From: Nannocystis bainbridge
Lineage (GTDB): Bacteria; Myxococcota_A; Polyangia; Nannocystales; Nannocystaceae
Length of the DNA: 64,000 nucleotides
Assembly (NCBI RefSeq): GCF_028368995.1
Contig: NZ_JAQNDL010000001.1
Span: 1,632,001 to 1,696,000, forward strand
Direction of reading: 5' to 3'
Shown here: positions 9,337 through 18,590 of the stretch, in pieces
Numbering within the stretch: position 1 is the first letter of the stretch
Layout of the letters: every line of letters begins with the position of its first letter
Notes under the pieces: model-generated
What the model was told of the DNA's origin: nothing
The model's input: only the letters and a program-made list of their open reading frames with translations
Database searches by the model: none
Program-made: the position numbers and the translations under genes

Positions 9337-10482
9337 TCACGCGCCGGCGACCTTGAGGCGGATCCGGTACACGCGGGCCTGGGCGGTGATGAACAGCGCC
9401 TTGCCGTCGGGGTCGCCGAACTTGCAGTTGGTCACCTGCTCCGGCACCTCGATCGTGCCGAGCAGCTGGCCCGCCGGCGTGACCACGCGGACGCCGCCGC
9501 CGCCGCTGACGAACAGGTCGCCGAAGCTGTCGACCGCCATGCCGTCGGGGTTGCCCGGCAGATCGCTCTGCAGGTCGATGAACACCTCGCCGCCCATCGC
9601 CTGGCCGTCGGGCTGGACCTCGAACACGCGCACGTGCTCGCCGTTGGTGTCGGCGACGTACAGCCGCGTCTCGTCGGGCGACAGGGCGATGCCGTTGGGG
9701 CGGTCGAAGTCGTCGGCGATCAGCGACAGCTGGCCCTGCGGGTCGACGCGGAACACGCCCTGGAAATCGAGCTCCTGCTGGTTGGGCTGGATGCCGTAGG
9801 GCGGGTCGGTGAAGTAGATCGTGCCGTCGGAGCGGACCGCGATGTCGTTGGGGCTGTTGAGGCTGTTGCCCTCGAACTCGCCGGCCACCGTCTCGGCGTT
9901 GGCCTCGCCGACGACCCGGCGCGACAGCCGACGCCCGCCGTGCTCCGCCGCCAGGAGCCGCCCCTCGAGGTCGAACGCGAGGCCGTTCGAGTTGCCGCTC
10001 GGGTTGATGAACGGCGCCGCCTGCTCGCCCTCGGCCCAGCGGAAGATCGTGTTGGCCGGGATGTCGCTGAACAGCAGGAAGCCCTCGGGGCTCCAGATCG
10101 GGCCCTCGGTGAACTGATGCCCGTCGGAGATCAGCTCGAGCTCGCCGTCGACGATGTCGTCGAGCGACATCGGCGGGTCGACGGCGCCGGTGGTGGTAGT
10201 CGTGGTCCCGTCGGTGGCAGGTTCGGTGCTCGCGTCGGTGGTCGTGCTCGTCGTCGTCGCGTCGGTGGTGGAGGTCGGGTCGCTCGTGCTCGTCGGCGCG
10301 ATCGAGGTCGACGCCTCGGTGGTGTCGGTGCCGACCGTGGTGCCGGTCGCGTCGGTGCTCGTGGCGTCGGTGCCGGTCCCGGTCGGATCGGTGCCGGTCC
10401 CGGTGTCCGTGGTGGTCTCGCCGGAGCCGCCGCCGCACGCGAGCGCGAGTGAAAACATCCAACCTGAGGCGCGCTTCATCAT
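9337..10482 (-). CDS. SMP-30/gluconolactonase family lipoprotein
   Basis: FTEGPIW, LLFSDIP, NSPND, YFTDPPYG, PNGIALSPD, PDGMAVD; LALAC lipobox, T-rich linker, GGAGG SD. Confidence 0.9.
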   Translation of the reverse strand: MMKRASGWMFSLALACGGGSGETTTDTGTGTDPTGTGTDATSTDATGTTVGTDTTEASTSIAPTSTSDPTSTTDATTTSTTTDASTEPATDGTTTTTTGAVDPPMSLDDIVDGELELISDGHQFTEGPIWSPEGFLLFSDIPANTIFRWAEGEQAAPFINPSGNSNGLAFDLEGRLLAAEHGGRRLSRRVVGEANAETVAGEFEGNSLNSPNDIAVRSDGTIYFTDPPYGIQPNQQELDFQGVFRVDPQGQLSLIADDFDRPNGIALSPDETRLYVADTNGEHVRVFEVQPDGQAMGGEVFIDLQSDLPGNPDGMAVDSFGDLFVSGGGGVRVVTPAGQLLGTIEVPEQVTNCKFGDPDGKALFITAQARVYRIRLKVAGA

Positions 10483-10841
10483 GCCTCCGGGGGTATCACG
10501 CCGACCGCACGAGCACCAGGCGCGTGGCGATCGCGCGACCCTCACGCGGCCCTCGCATCACCGCGAAGGCAGGCTGCTCGCGCGCATCGACATCGACGCC
10601 GTCCCGCTCGTCACGGCGCGCTCGTGCGCGATCGGGAGGGCCTTCGGGGGCCCGCCGATCCGCGGCTGGGTGACGATGACGACAACCTCGCGCGGGCGAG
10701 CCCGGTGGCGTGCGAGCGGCGCGTGCGATGCGTTCGCCGGGCTGCGCGGGCGAGCTCCACGGAGCGCGAATGCTTGCAGCGGCCACGCGCGTCCGTCGGC
10801 CATGGCCCGGCGAGCCGAGACCGCCGAGCGTACGACGATCG

Positions 10842-10921
10842 TGCCATGACTCATGGGACATGCCCTTTCGAGCATGTCCGATACGCCATGCTCGAGAGAG
10901 CATGCCCGTTTCGCCAGGTCC
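10842..10921. repeat. 14-bp-period CATG array (6 units)
   Basis: CATG at 10845, 10859, 10873, 10887, 10901 and CAGG at 10915. Confidence 0.85.
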
Positions 10922-11048
10922 TGGGTTCGCCCTTCGCCGCGCCCGCGATCGGCGCGGCTGGCGGGCTCGCCGGGGCGCCGCTCGCCATTCGCCGGCCGGC
11001 GAACGACTTCTCGTTGTAATCCGCCGCGGGTGCGGCATCATCCCGCGG

Positions 11049-12878
11049 GTGTCCGACCCGCGCAGCGAGTACCAGCGCCGGCTCGCCGCGCGGCAGGCCG
11101 CGGTCGCCGTCGTCGACGGCCAGATCCGCCGGATCTCCGACTGGCGGCTCGGTGTCTTCCTCGGCTTCCTCGTGCTGCTCGGGTTCGGCCTCGCCGACCG
11201 GCCCGCGGTGCTGGCCGCCGCTCTCGCGCCGCTGCTGGGCTTCGTCGCCCTCGTCGTCGTCCACGAGGGCGCCTACCGCCGCCGCGCCCGCGCCCAGTTG
11301 GCCGTCGAGCACTACCTGCGGGCGCTCCGGCGCCTCGACGACGCGTGGCGCGGCGAGGGCGTGCAGCACCGCGAGTTCGTGCCGCCCGAGCACCCCTACG
11401 CCGCCGACCTCGACCTGTTCGGTCCCGGCTCGCTGTTCGCCCTGCTGTGCACCGCGCGCACGCGCGGCGGCGAGGCCACGCTGGCGCGCTGGCTGCTGCA
11501 GCCGGCCGGCGTCGACGAGGTCCTCGCGCGTCAGGAGGCCGTGCTGGCGCTGCGCGAGCGGCTCGACCTGCGCGAGGATCTGGCGCTGCTCGGCGGCGAC
11601 GTGCGGGCCGCGGTCGCGCCCGAGGCCCTGGTCGCCTGGGGCACCGCGCCGCCGCGCATCGACGCCGCGCGGTTCGGGCGGCTGCGCCTGCTGGCCATCG
11701 CGCTGGGGCTGGCGGCGATCGTCACCGCGGTGCTCGCGTTCGCCGGCGACCTCGGCTTCGTGCCGCTGCTGATCGTCGCCGTGCTCGAGGCGCTGGTGAT
11801 GCGCACGCTGAGGCCGAGCACCGGGGCGATCGTCACCGCGGTCGAGGGCCCGCGGCGCGACCTCGAGGTCATCGCGCAACTGCTCGCTCGCGTCGAGCGC
11901 GAGCCGACCACGGGCAGCCGGCGACTGACCGAGCTCGCGGCGGACCTGCGCACCGGCACGGCGGCGACGGAGCGCACCGGCGCCGTCACGGCCTCGACGG
12001 CGATCGCCGGGCTGGCGCGCGCGGTCGACTGGCTCGAGGCGCGCAAGAGCGGCCTGTTCGCGCCGATCGCCTTCTTGTTGATGTGGGAGCTGCACGGGGC
12101 GCTGACGGTCGAGCGCTGGCGTCAGACCCATGGCCCGGCGATCGCACGCTGGCTGGCCGCGCTCGGTCAGCTCGAGGCGCTGGCGTCGCTGGCGACCTAC
12201 GCGTACGAGCGCCCGGGCGACCCGATGCCGACGGTGACGGGCGAAGGCCCGCGCGTCGAGGGCGAGGCGCTGCGCCACCCGCTGCTGCGCGCCTCGGTGC
12301 CCAACTCGGTGACGCTCGGCTCGCCGCTGCGCGTGCTGATGGTCAGCGGCTCGAACATGTCGGGCAAGAGCACGCTGATGCGCACGCTCGGGGTCAACGT
12401 GGTGCTGGCGCTGGCCGGCGCGCCGGTGTCGGCCCGGTCGATGACGCTGAGCCCGCTGCAGATCGGCGCGACCCTGCGGATCGAGGACTCGCTGCAGAAC
12501 GCGAGCTCGCGCTTTTACAGCGAGCTGCGACGCTTGCTGCAGCTGCGCGACCTGGCCCGCGCGGGCGACCCACCGCTGCTGTTCCTGCTCGACGAGATCT
12601 TCCACGGCACCAACTCGCACGACCGCAAGATCGGCGCCGAGGCGGTGCTGCGCGCGCTGGTCGAGGAGGGTGCGATCGGTCTGTGCACGACCCACGACCT
12701 GGCCCTCGCCGAGGCGATCGCCGACCTCGGCGAGCGCGCCCGCAACGTGCACTTCGCCGACGAGGTGGTCGAGGGCAAGCTGGTCTTCGATTACACGATG
12801 CGCCCGGGCCTGGTCGGCCGCAGCAACGCGATCGCGCTGATGCGCGCGATCGGGCTGCTGCCGGCGAGCGAGGCGTGA
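11049..12878 (+). CDS. Membrane-anchored MutS-domain-V family ATPase
   Basis: N-terminal TM helices, HPYAADLDLFG, Walker A SGSNMSGKST, SRFYSELRRL, LLDEIFHGTNS, TTHDL; GTG start inferred. Confidence 0.85.
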   Translation: MSDPRSEYQRRLAARQAAVAVVDGQIRRISDWRLGVFLGFLVLLGFGLADRPAVLAAALAPLLGFVALVVVHEGAYRRRARAQLAVEHYLRALRRLDDAWRGEGVQHREFVPPEHPYAADLDLFGPGSLFALLCTARTRGGEATLARWLLQPAGVDEVLARQEAVLALRERLDLREDLALLGGDVRAAVAPEALVAWGTAPPRIDAARFGRLRLLAIALGLAAIVTAVLAFAGDLGFVPLLIVAVLEALVMRTLRPSTGAIVTAVEGPRRDLEVIAQLLARVEREPTTGSRRLTELAADLRTGTAATERTGAVTASTAIAGLARAVDWLEARKSGLFAPIAFLLMWELHGALTVERWRQTHGPAIARWLAALGQLEALASLATYAYERPGDPMPTVTGEGPRVEGEALRHPLLRASVPNSVTLGSPLRVLMVSGSNMSGKSTLMRTLGVNVVLALAGAPVSARSMTLSPLQIGATLRIEDSLQNASSRFYSELRRLLQLRDLARAGDPPLLFLLDEIFHGTNSHDRKIGAEAVLRALVEEGAIGLCTTHDLALAEAIADLGERARNVHFADEVVEGKLVFDYTMRPGLVGRSNAIALMRAIGLLPASEA

Positions 12879-12946
12879 ACGAAGAAGATGACCGATCGGA
12901 CATGTGCGAACGAGCTCCAGCCCGAGGAACCGGGTAAGCTGCGGAC

Positions 12947-13678
12947 ATGCCTTGTCTTCGCGCGAATTTCTTACTCCTGAGCCTCCTGCTGGCCGCCTGC
13001 GGCGAAAAGGGCGGCGAGACCGAAAGCGTCGGCGGCAGCTCGACCACCACCGAACCGCCCGGCACCGGCAGCACCCTCGGCGAGAGCTCGACCACCGACG
13101 CGCCCACCACCGGTGAGCCGGCAGCTTGCGTCGATCCCTCGCTCGTCGAATTCGGCCCCGCCGTGCAGATCACGCTGCACAACGCCGGCGCGACCCGCCT
13201 GTTCGTCAACCTCCAGGAGGAATGCACCCGCGTCCTCCCGATCGAGCTGCGCGACGCCGACGACGTCGCGGTCGACGTCAACCGGAGCGACTGCGAATTC
13301 AGCTGCGAGACCGCGCTGGCCGGCAACTGCGGCTGCCCGGCCGGCTGCGGGCTCGGCAGCGTCATCCAGCTCGAGCCCGGCGGCACCTGGCCGCTGCAGT
13401 GGAGCGGCCAGCGCTGGGTCGAGGCCGAGCTGCCGGCCGAGTGCCCCGCGGAAGACTGCTCACCGAGCTGCCTCGCCGCCGATCAGGCCCCCGACGGCGC
13501 CTACACCGTGAGCGCGCGCGCCTTCGACACGGCCACCGAGTGCGACACGTGCACCTGCGAACCTGGCCCCGAGGGCAGCTGCGAGCTCATGTTCGCGTTC
13601 GCCAGCGGCGCCGAGGCCCTCGCCACCGCCGCGCTCGACTACCCGGCCCAGACCGCCGTCGAGCTGGTGTTCGAGTGA
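12947..13678 (+). CDS. Cys-rich hypothetical lipoprotein
   Basis: LLLAAC lipobox, S/T linker, many Cys pairs. Confidence 0.75.
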   Translation: MPCLRANFLLLSLLLAACGEKGGETESVGGSSTTTEPPGTGSTLGESSTTDAPTTGEPAACVDPSLVEFGPAVQITLHNAGATRLFVNLQEECTRVLPIELRDADDVAVDVNRSDCEFSCETALAGNCGCPAGCGLGSVIQLEPGGTWPLQWSGQRWVEAELPAECPAEDCSPSCLAADQAPDGAYTVSARAFDTATECDTCTCEPGPEGSCELMFAFASGAEALATAALDYPAQTAVELVFE

Positions 13679-13688
13679 TTCGCGGGCG

Positions 13689-14561
13689 TCAGCGATCGAA
13701 GTAGGCTGCGCTTTCGAGATCGGCGAGCAGGCCCTGCTCGGTCGGCTGCCAGCCCAGCAGCTTCTGCGTCGCCTCGCTCGCGGTCGGGGCGTCGCGCGCG
13801 AACATGGGGCCGATCCATCCGAAATGCTCGACCGGCATCGCCTTCACCGGCAGGCCCAGGCGCTTGCCGATGACCGCCGCGATCTCTCGCGTCGGGACCC
13901 CGACCTCGGCGACCGCGTGCACCCGCGTCCCCGCCGGCGCCTTCTCGACCGCGAGCCGGAACGCTCGCGCCGCGTCGAGCCGATGGACCGCGGGCCAGCG
14001 GTTGGCGCCGTCGCCCACGAAGCCCGCCACGCCCGTCTCGCGCGCGACGCGGATCAGCTCGGGCACGAAGCCGTGATCGCCGGCGCCGTGCACCGTCGGC
14101 GGCAGGCGCACGATCGACACCCGCACGTCGCGGGCCCCGAACGGCAGCGCCGCGGCCTCCGAGCGGCGGGGAAACGCCGAGCCGTCCGGCATGTCCTCGG
14201 TGGCGACCACGCCCCCCGCCGCGCCCAGCACCCCCGACGTCACCACCAGCGGCCGGCCCGAGCCCGCCAGCGCCTCGCCGAGCGCCTCGATCGCCCGCAC
14301 GTCGACCGCGACCGACGCCGCGTAGCGGGTGAAGTCGTGGATGAACGCCAGGTGAATGACGCCGTCGGCGTCCGCGGCCGCGCGCGCCAGGCTCTCGTGG
14401 TCCTCGAGCGCGCCGCGATGCGGCCGCGCGCCGGCCTCGGTGATCGCCTTCGCGGCGGCTTCGGAGCGCGCGAGGCCGATCACCGCGTGACCGGCCCCGA
14501 TCAGTTCATTGACGACGGCGCTGCCGACGAAGCCGGAGGCGCCCGTGACGAAGATCTTCAT
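13689..14561 (-). CDS. NAD-dependent epimerase/dehydratase (extended/atypical SDR)
   Basis: MKIFVTGASGFVG, VIHLAFIHDF, RLPPTVHG, WPAVHRLDAA. Confidence 0.9.
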   Translation of the reverse strand: MKIFVTGASGFVGSAVVNELIGAGHAVIGLARSEAAAKAITEAGARPHRGALEDHESLARAAADADGVIHLAFIHDFTRYAASVAVDVRAIEALGEALAGSGRPLVVTSGVLGAAGGVVATEDMPDGSAFPRRSEAAALPFGARDVRVSIVRLPPTVHGAGDHGFVPELIRVARETGVAGFVGDGANRWPAVHRLDAARAFRLAVEKAPAGTRVHAVAEVGVPTREIAAVIGKRLGLPVKAMPVEHFGWIGPMFARDAPTASEATQKLLGWQPTEQGLLADLESAAYFDR

Positions 14562-14571
14562 GCCTGGCAAG

Positions 14572-15345
14572 CTACCGACCGGCGACCGCCGCGGCTTGGC
14601 GGTTCTTGGCGGAAAACTGGCCCGGCGTCATGCCGACGATCCGACGAAAGTGCCGATTGAGCTGGCTCTGATCGTAGAGCCCCACCTGCGGCGCGATGTC
14701 TTTCGGCTTCGCGCCGGCCGCCAGCAGCTGCTTGGCTCGCGCGATCCGCAGCTGCGTCAGGTAAGCGTGCGGCGGCATCCCGACCTGGGCCCGGAACGCC
14801 CGGCACAGGTGAAACTTGTCGAGGCCGGCATACTCCGCCAGCTCGTCCAGCGTCACGGCCTCGCTCGCGCGCTCGCGCAGCAGCCCCAACGCGCGCCGCA
14901 CCGGCCGCGTCGGCTCGAACCGCGACTCCTCGATCGCCCGCATCGCGTCGATCGCCTCGGCCAGCGCACACTCGAGCGTGAAGCGATCGGCGCCTGCCGC
15001 CACGGCGTCGTGGAGCCGCTGAAACGGCAGCCCGCGCCGATCATCCACCGCCAGGCACGACTGCACCGCCAGCGCCTCGATGTGCGGCGTCGAGAAGCCG
15101 ATGAGTTGATACGTCACCGGCCCGTCGCGCTTGAGGTCGCGGTGCACGTCGCCGGGCGCGAACACGACGACCGAGCCGGGGGCGCCTCGCCACGCGCGGC
15201 CATGCGCCCAGAACTCCGAGCGGCCGGCCTCGAACCTGCTGATCATGAAGGTCTCCTTCATGCCCACGAACGGCGCGTCGTTGGCCACCCGCGTCGCTCG
15301 CAGCCCCGGCAATGATACGGAGACAGGCTCGGCCCGCGACGCCAT
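14572..15345 (-). CDS. AraC family transcriptional regulator
   Basis: LDKFHLCRAFRAQVGMPPHAY...GLYDQSQLNRHFRRIVGMTPG. Confidence 0.9.
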   Translation of the reverse strand: MASRAEPVSVSLPGLRATRVANDAPFVGMKETFMISRFEAGRSEFWAHGRAWRGAPGSVVVFAPGDVHRDLKRDGPVTYQLIGFSTPHIEALAVQSCLAVDDRRGLPFQRLHDAVAAGADRFTLECALAEAIDAMRAIEESRFEPTRPVRRALGLLRERASEAVTLDELAEYAGLDKFHLCRAFRAQVGMPPHAYLTQLRIARAKQLLAAGAKPKDIAPQVGLYDQSQLNRHFRRIVGMTPGQFSAKNRQAAAVAGR

Positions 15346-15456
15346 GCCCCGAGCATAGCCTGGACCCCGCCCCGGCCTTGGGCATTCTTGGCGGTTCTTC
15401 GTCCTGCAGCCCCGCCGTGCGAGCCGCGGGTCCGCGGATGCGGTCGCGGGCGGCGC

Positions 15457-16071
15457 TCACTCGAGCTTGACCGAGCCGCAGATCTTCTCGGCCCACGCGC
15501 GCGTGGCCGCGAAGCTCGGGATCGGCTTGTCGTCCGGCCTGCCCGTGCCGGTGCGCTGGATCACCGTGCAGCGCACCGCCTTGTCGCCCGCGCGATGGAT
15601 CGCCTCGACCTTGAAGAACTGGCCGTCGCTGCGCTCGGACACGCCGATCATGCCGCCGTCCGGCAGCTCCTCCTTGCGGGCCACCACCAGCGGCGGCTTG
15701 TCGTTGCCGGGCGAGACCAGGCTGCGGGCGAACGCCTCGAGGTCGCGCGGCAGCATCATCGGCTCGACGACCTTGGCGGTGATCGAGGGCTCGATGAAGG
15801 GGTTACCGTCGGCGAAGGTCCAGTTGACGTACTTGTCGCGGTCGTTCACGTCGCGCTTGAGGTCGGCCGGGAGGTCGATGCTGAACGCCACGCCGGCCAT
15901 CGTCTCCTTGGTGGTGGTGAGCGCGGCCTGGCTGCGGTCCTTGGGCTGCGGCTTCTCCGAGTCGGCGGGCTTGGCCGCCGGCTTGTCGGCGGGCTTGTCG
16001 GCGGCCGGCGGAGAGCCGCCGTCGCAGGCGACCAGCAGGGCGAACGAACAGAGGGTGAGGAGTCGAAGCAT
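15457..16071 (-). CDS. Hypothetical lipoprotein
   Basis: MLRLLTLCSFALLVAC lipobox followed by PADK repeats. Confidence 0.7.
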   Translation of the reverse strand: MLRLLTLCSFALLVACDGGSPPAADKPADKPAAKPADSEKPQPKDRSQAALTTTKETMAGVAFSIDLPADLKRDVNDRDKYVNWTFADGNPFIEPSITAKVVEPMMLPRDLEAFARSLVSPGNDKPPLVVARKEELPDGGMIGVSERSDGQFFKVEAIHRAGDKAVRCTVIQRTGTGRPDDKPIPSFAATRAWAEKICGSVKLE

Positions 16072-16277
16072 GGCGCGCAGGATGGCACGCGGCCGCGGCG
16101 TCGTGATGCCGAAGCGCGCCGGAGGCCGCCGGGACCTGTCCCGTGCGCCAGGCGTGAAACGTGCCTCGATCGGGCCCCGATCGGGCCTCGCGTGCAGCGC
16201 GGCCCGGGGTTCGCAATCATGCAATCATGACTCGCATGGATGCGAGGATTCCGGGGGCGCGAGGGCCGGCCCCGCGA

Positions 16278-16913
16278 TCACGAGACGAGGACGTCGTACG
16301 TGAGGGTCACGCTCGCGGCGCTGCGCTCGATCTCGAGGGCATAGTCCGTCTCCCCGACGACGTACCACAGGGCGATGATCGCCAGCCACACCTCGTATTC
16401 GCTCCCCAGCGAGTACCCGTTCAGCGCGACCATCACGTCACCGTTGCGCAGGCCCAGCTCGTAGAGGGTGTCGCCGGCGGCCGCGTTGGCGACCTGGAAC
16501 CCGACCGTGCTGCTGTAGGTGAAGACCGCGGAGTCGCACTCCCACAGCGGCGTCGGGTCGAGCATCAGCTCGGAGACCAGGCCCGCGTCGACCTCGTGGA
16601 CCGAGCTGACCACGGTGATGTCGTCGGCCGGATCCCAGCGCTCGCAGTAGCTGGGCCCGCTGGTGGGCCCAGGACAGTAGACGGCCTCGGCATCCCAGTC
16701 ATGAGACCCGATACAGGCGCCGGCACACCCGCCCGGGTCGCACGGCGTCGGATTGTCGGCCTGCGAGCTGTCGTCGCAGTCGCAGACGGGGTAGGCGTAC
16801 GTACCGATCTCGCACTGGTTGCAAGCTTCGGGGTGCCAGCCTCCGAGGCCGCAGCCGGTGGTCAGGGTGACGAGCATGGAGAACGAAGCGGTGATGAACG
16901 ATGGAACACGCAT
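16278..16913 (-). CDS. Cys-rich lipoprotein with C-terminal GspC-type PDZ domain
   Basis: LTTGC lipobox-like motif; LYELGLRNGDVMVALNG...LEIER PDZ signature. Confidence 0.7.
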   Translation of the reverse strand: MRVPSFITASFSMLVTLTTGCGLGGWHPEACNQCEIGTYAYPVCDCDDSSQADNPTPCDPGGCAGACIGSHDWDAEAVYCPGPTSGPSYCERWDPADDITVVSSVHEVDAGLVSELMLDPTPLWECDSAVFTYSSTVGFQVANAAAGDTLYELGLRNGDVMVALNGYSLGSEYEVWLAIIALWYVVGETDYALEIERSAASVTLTYDVLVS

Positions 16914-16928
16914 GATGGCTGTCCCTGC

Positions 16929-16944
16929 AGCAATCAGCGTGCCC
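16929..16944 (-). promoter_or_regulatory. sigma54 -24/-12 promoter
   Basis: GGGCAC-GCTGA-TTGCT on the minus strand, 15 nt before the ATG. Confidence 0.65.
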
Positions 16945-16993
16945 GCGATTTCTTCAGTGTTCTTCCGCGGCGCCCCGATGCGTCCCTGCCCTC

Positions 16994-17027
16994 GCCGCAT
17001 GGGACATAGCGTCATGCCCCATGCGGC
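16994..17027. promoter_or_regulatory. 14-bp inverted repeat in a divergent promoter region
   Basis: gccgcatgggacat-agcgtc-atgccccatgcggc (1 mismatch). Confidence 0.5.
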
Positions 17028-17138
17028 ACCCGGCGGCGGAGGGTGACGATGGCCCGGCGCCTTCACGCCGTCCGCAAGCGCGCCCACGCGCCGGCCTTGC
17101 CGTCCCCGTCGCGATTCGCATACACGTGTTCCGGCTGC

Positions 17139-18536
17139 ATGATCCTCGAGCTCCCCGACCTGACGCTCACGCGGCCTCCAGCGAGCTCGAGCCCCTCGAC
17201 CGCGCCGTGCTCGATCTCCGCTGCCCCGCCGTGCGTGCCCACCTCGGCCCGGCTACCCGCGGCGCTGGGCCTGCTCGCGGCGCTCGTCTCCGGCTGCGCC
17301 AGCGCGCGCTTCGAGGCGGCGCACCGCGCCTGTGACCCGGCTGCCGAGGCCGACCGGGCCGACGCGCTCGGCTACGCCGGCCCGCCCGACGACAGCGAAT
17401 TGCGTGACCGGGCCGCGCGCAACCACGCCGCCGCCCCCCCGTGGGTCGTCGGCCAGTCGCGCGTCTATCCGCTCGATCCGTCGTTCCGCTACGAGGCGCT
17501 GTGGCCCGCCAGCGCCGGCGCCAGCACCCCGCTGCTGTGCCGGCTGACCTACGACGCTGGTCGTCGGCGCGGCCTGTTCGCCGCCGATCCGCTGACCGCG
17601 GTCGAGCTCACGACGGTCTACGAGGTCCCCGGCAAGACGCCGCCGCAGCGGGTGCTCGGGCCGGACGGCGTGCCGCAGATGTTCGTGCTCGACAGCGTGA
17701 CCGAGTTCGCGCCGGGTGACGCGCTGCGGATGGCGGTGGTCGATCGTGACGTGCAGTGGGGCGGCAGCTCGGCCACCGACGATCCGCTCATCACATTCAC
17801 CCTGCCGTACCGTTCGGGGGCCGCGCTCACCGGCACCAGCGGGACGATGTGGCGCGGCACCGTCGATGTCCGCTGCGAACACCTCGACGCCCTCGCGGCC
17901 CAGTCGGCCTACGTCGACGCGCTGATGCAGCTCGACGCGCGCCTGCAGCGGTGGGCGCCGCGGCTCGATCCCGACGACTGGGACTTCGGCCTCGCGGGCA
18001 GCGGCATGACGGACCTGCGCGCGGCGCTGGAGCGGGCGGCGTCGCTGCGCGGCTGGGACGCCCCGGAGGTGCGCGAGCGGACCGGCCGCTTGCTGGGTGC
18101 GCAGCTCTGCTTCGAGCGGGCCGCCGCGCCCGAGGTCGCGCGCCGGGCCCGCCGCTCCCACGCCGGCCGCCTCGGCGAGCTGCAGCTCGCCGCCACCGAC
18201 TATCGCTGCGAGGCCGCGTCGAGCGCCCAAACCGCGTGTCGGCTCACCGTCGACATCGCCAATCCTACGAGCAATTCGCAGCTGATCCCCGCGTATCCAC
18301 GCCTGGTGCTCGCCGGGGGCCGCGAGGTCGGGCTGCTCGTCGAGCGAGTCACGATCGCCGGACGCGAGGTCCGGGAGCTGGCGGCGAGCAGCACCGCCAC
18401 GGTGATCTACCGGCTCGATGTCCCGCTGCGCGCCGATCGGGCGCTCGCCCGCCCGCTGCTGCTGCGCGAGCGCAGGCGCCAGTTGTTCTCCGCGAGCTAT
18501 CGCGTCGAAGATGTGCCGCTGCGACTCGCGGATTGA
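17139..18536 (+). CDS. Hypothetical lipoprotein (start uncertain)
   Basis: ALGLLAALVSGC lipobox; long ORF with coding-like GC3. Confidence 0.6.
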   Translation: MILELPDLTLTRPPASSSPSTAPCSISAAPPCVPTSARLPAALGLLAALVSGCASARFEAAHRACDPAAEADRADALGYAGPPDDSELRDRAARNHAAAPPWVVGQSRVYPLDPSFRYEALWPASAGASTPLLCRLTYDAGRRRGLFAADPLTAVELTTVYEVPGKTPPQRVLGPDGVPQMFVLDSVTEFAPGDALRMAVVDRDVQWGGSSATDDPLITFTLPYRSGAALTGTSGTMWRGTVDVRCEHLDALAAQSAYVDALMQLDARLQRWAPRLDPDDWDFGLAGSGMTDLRAALERAASLRGWDAPEVRERTGRLLGAQLCFERAAAPEVARRARRSHAGRLGELQLAATDYRCEAASSAQTACRLTVDIANPTSNSQLIPAYPRLVLAGGREVGLLVERVTIAGREVRELAASSTATVIYRLDVPLRADRALARPLLLRERRRQLFSASYRVEDVPLRLAD

Positions 18537-18539
18537 GCC

Positions 18540-18576
18540 GCGGCTCGACGACACCTGCAGCGCGTCGTCGAGCCGC
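18540..18576. terminator. Bidirectional hairpin between convergent genes
   Basis: gcggctcgacgac-11nt-gtcgtcgagccgc, perfect 13-bp stem. Confidence 0.65.
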
Positions 18577-18590
18577 CCGCCGGATTGCGC

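Noticed and set aside
11049-12878. Membrane-bound MutS as a novel system
   Set aside because: TM-anchored MutS-domain-V proteins are a known, widespread family.
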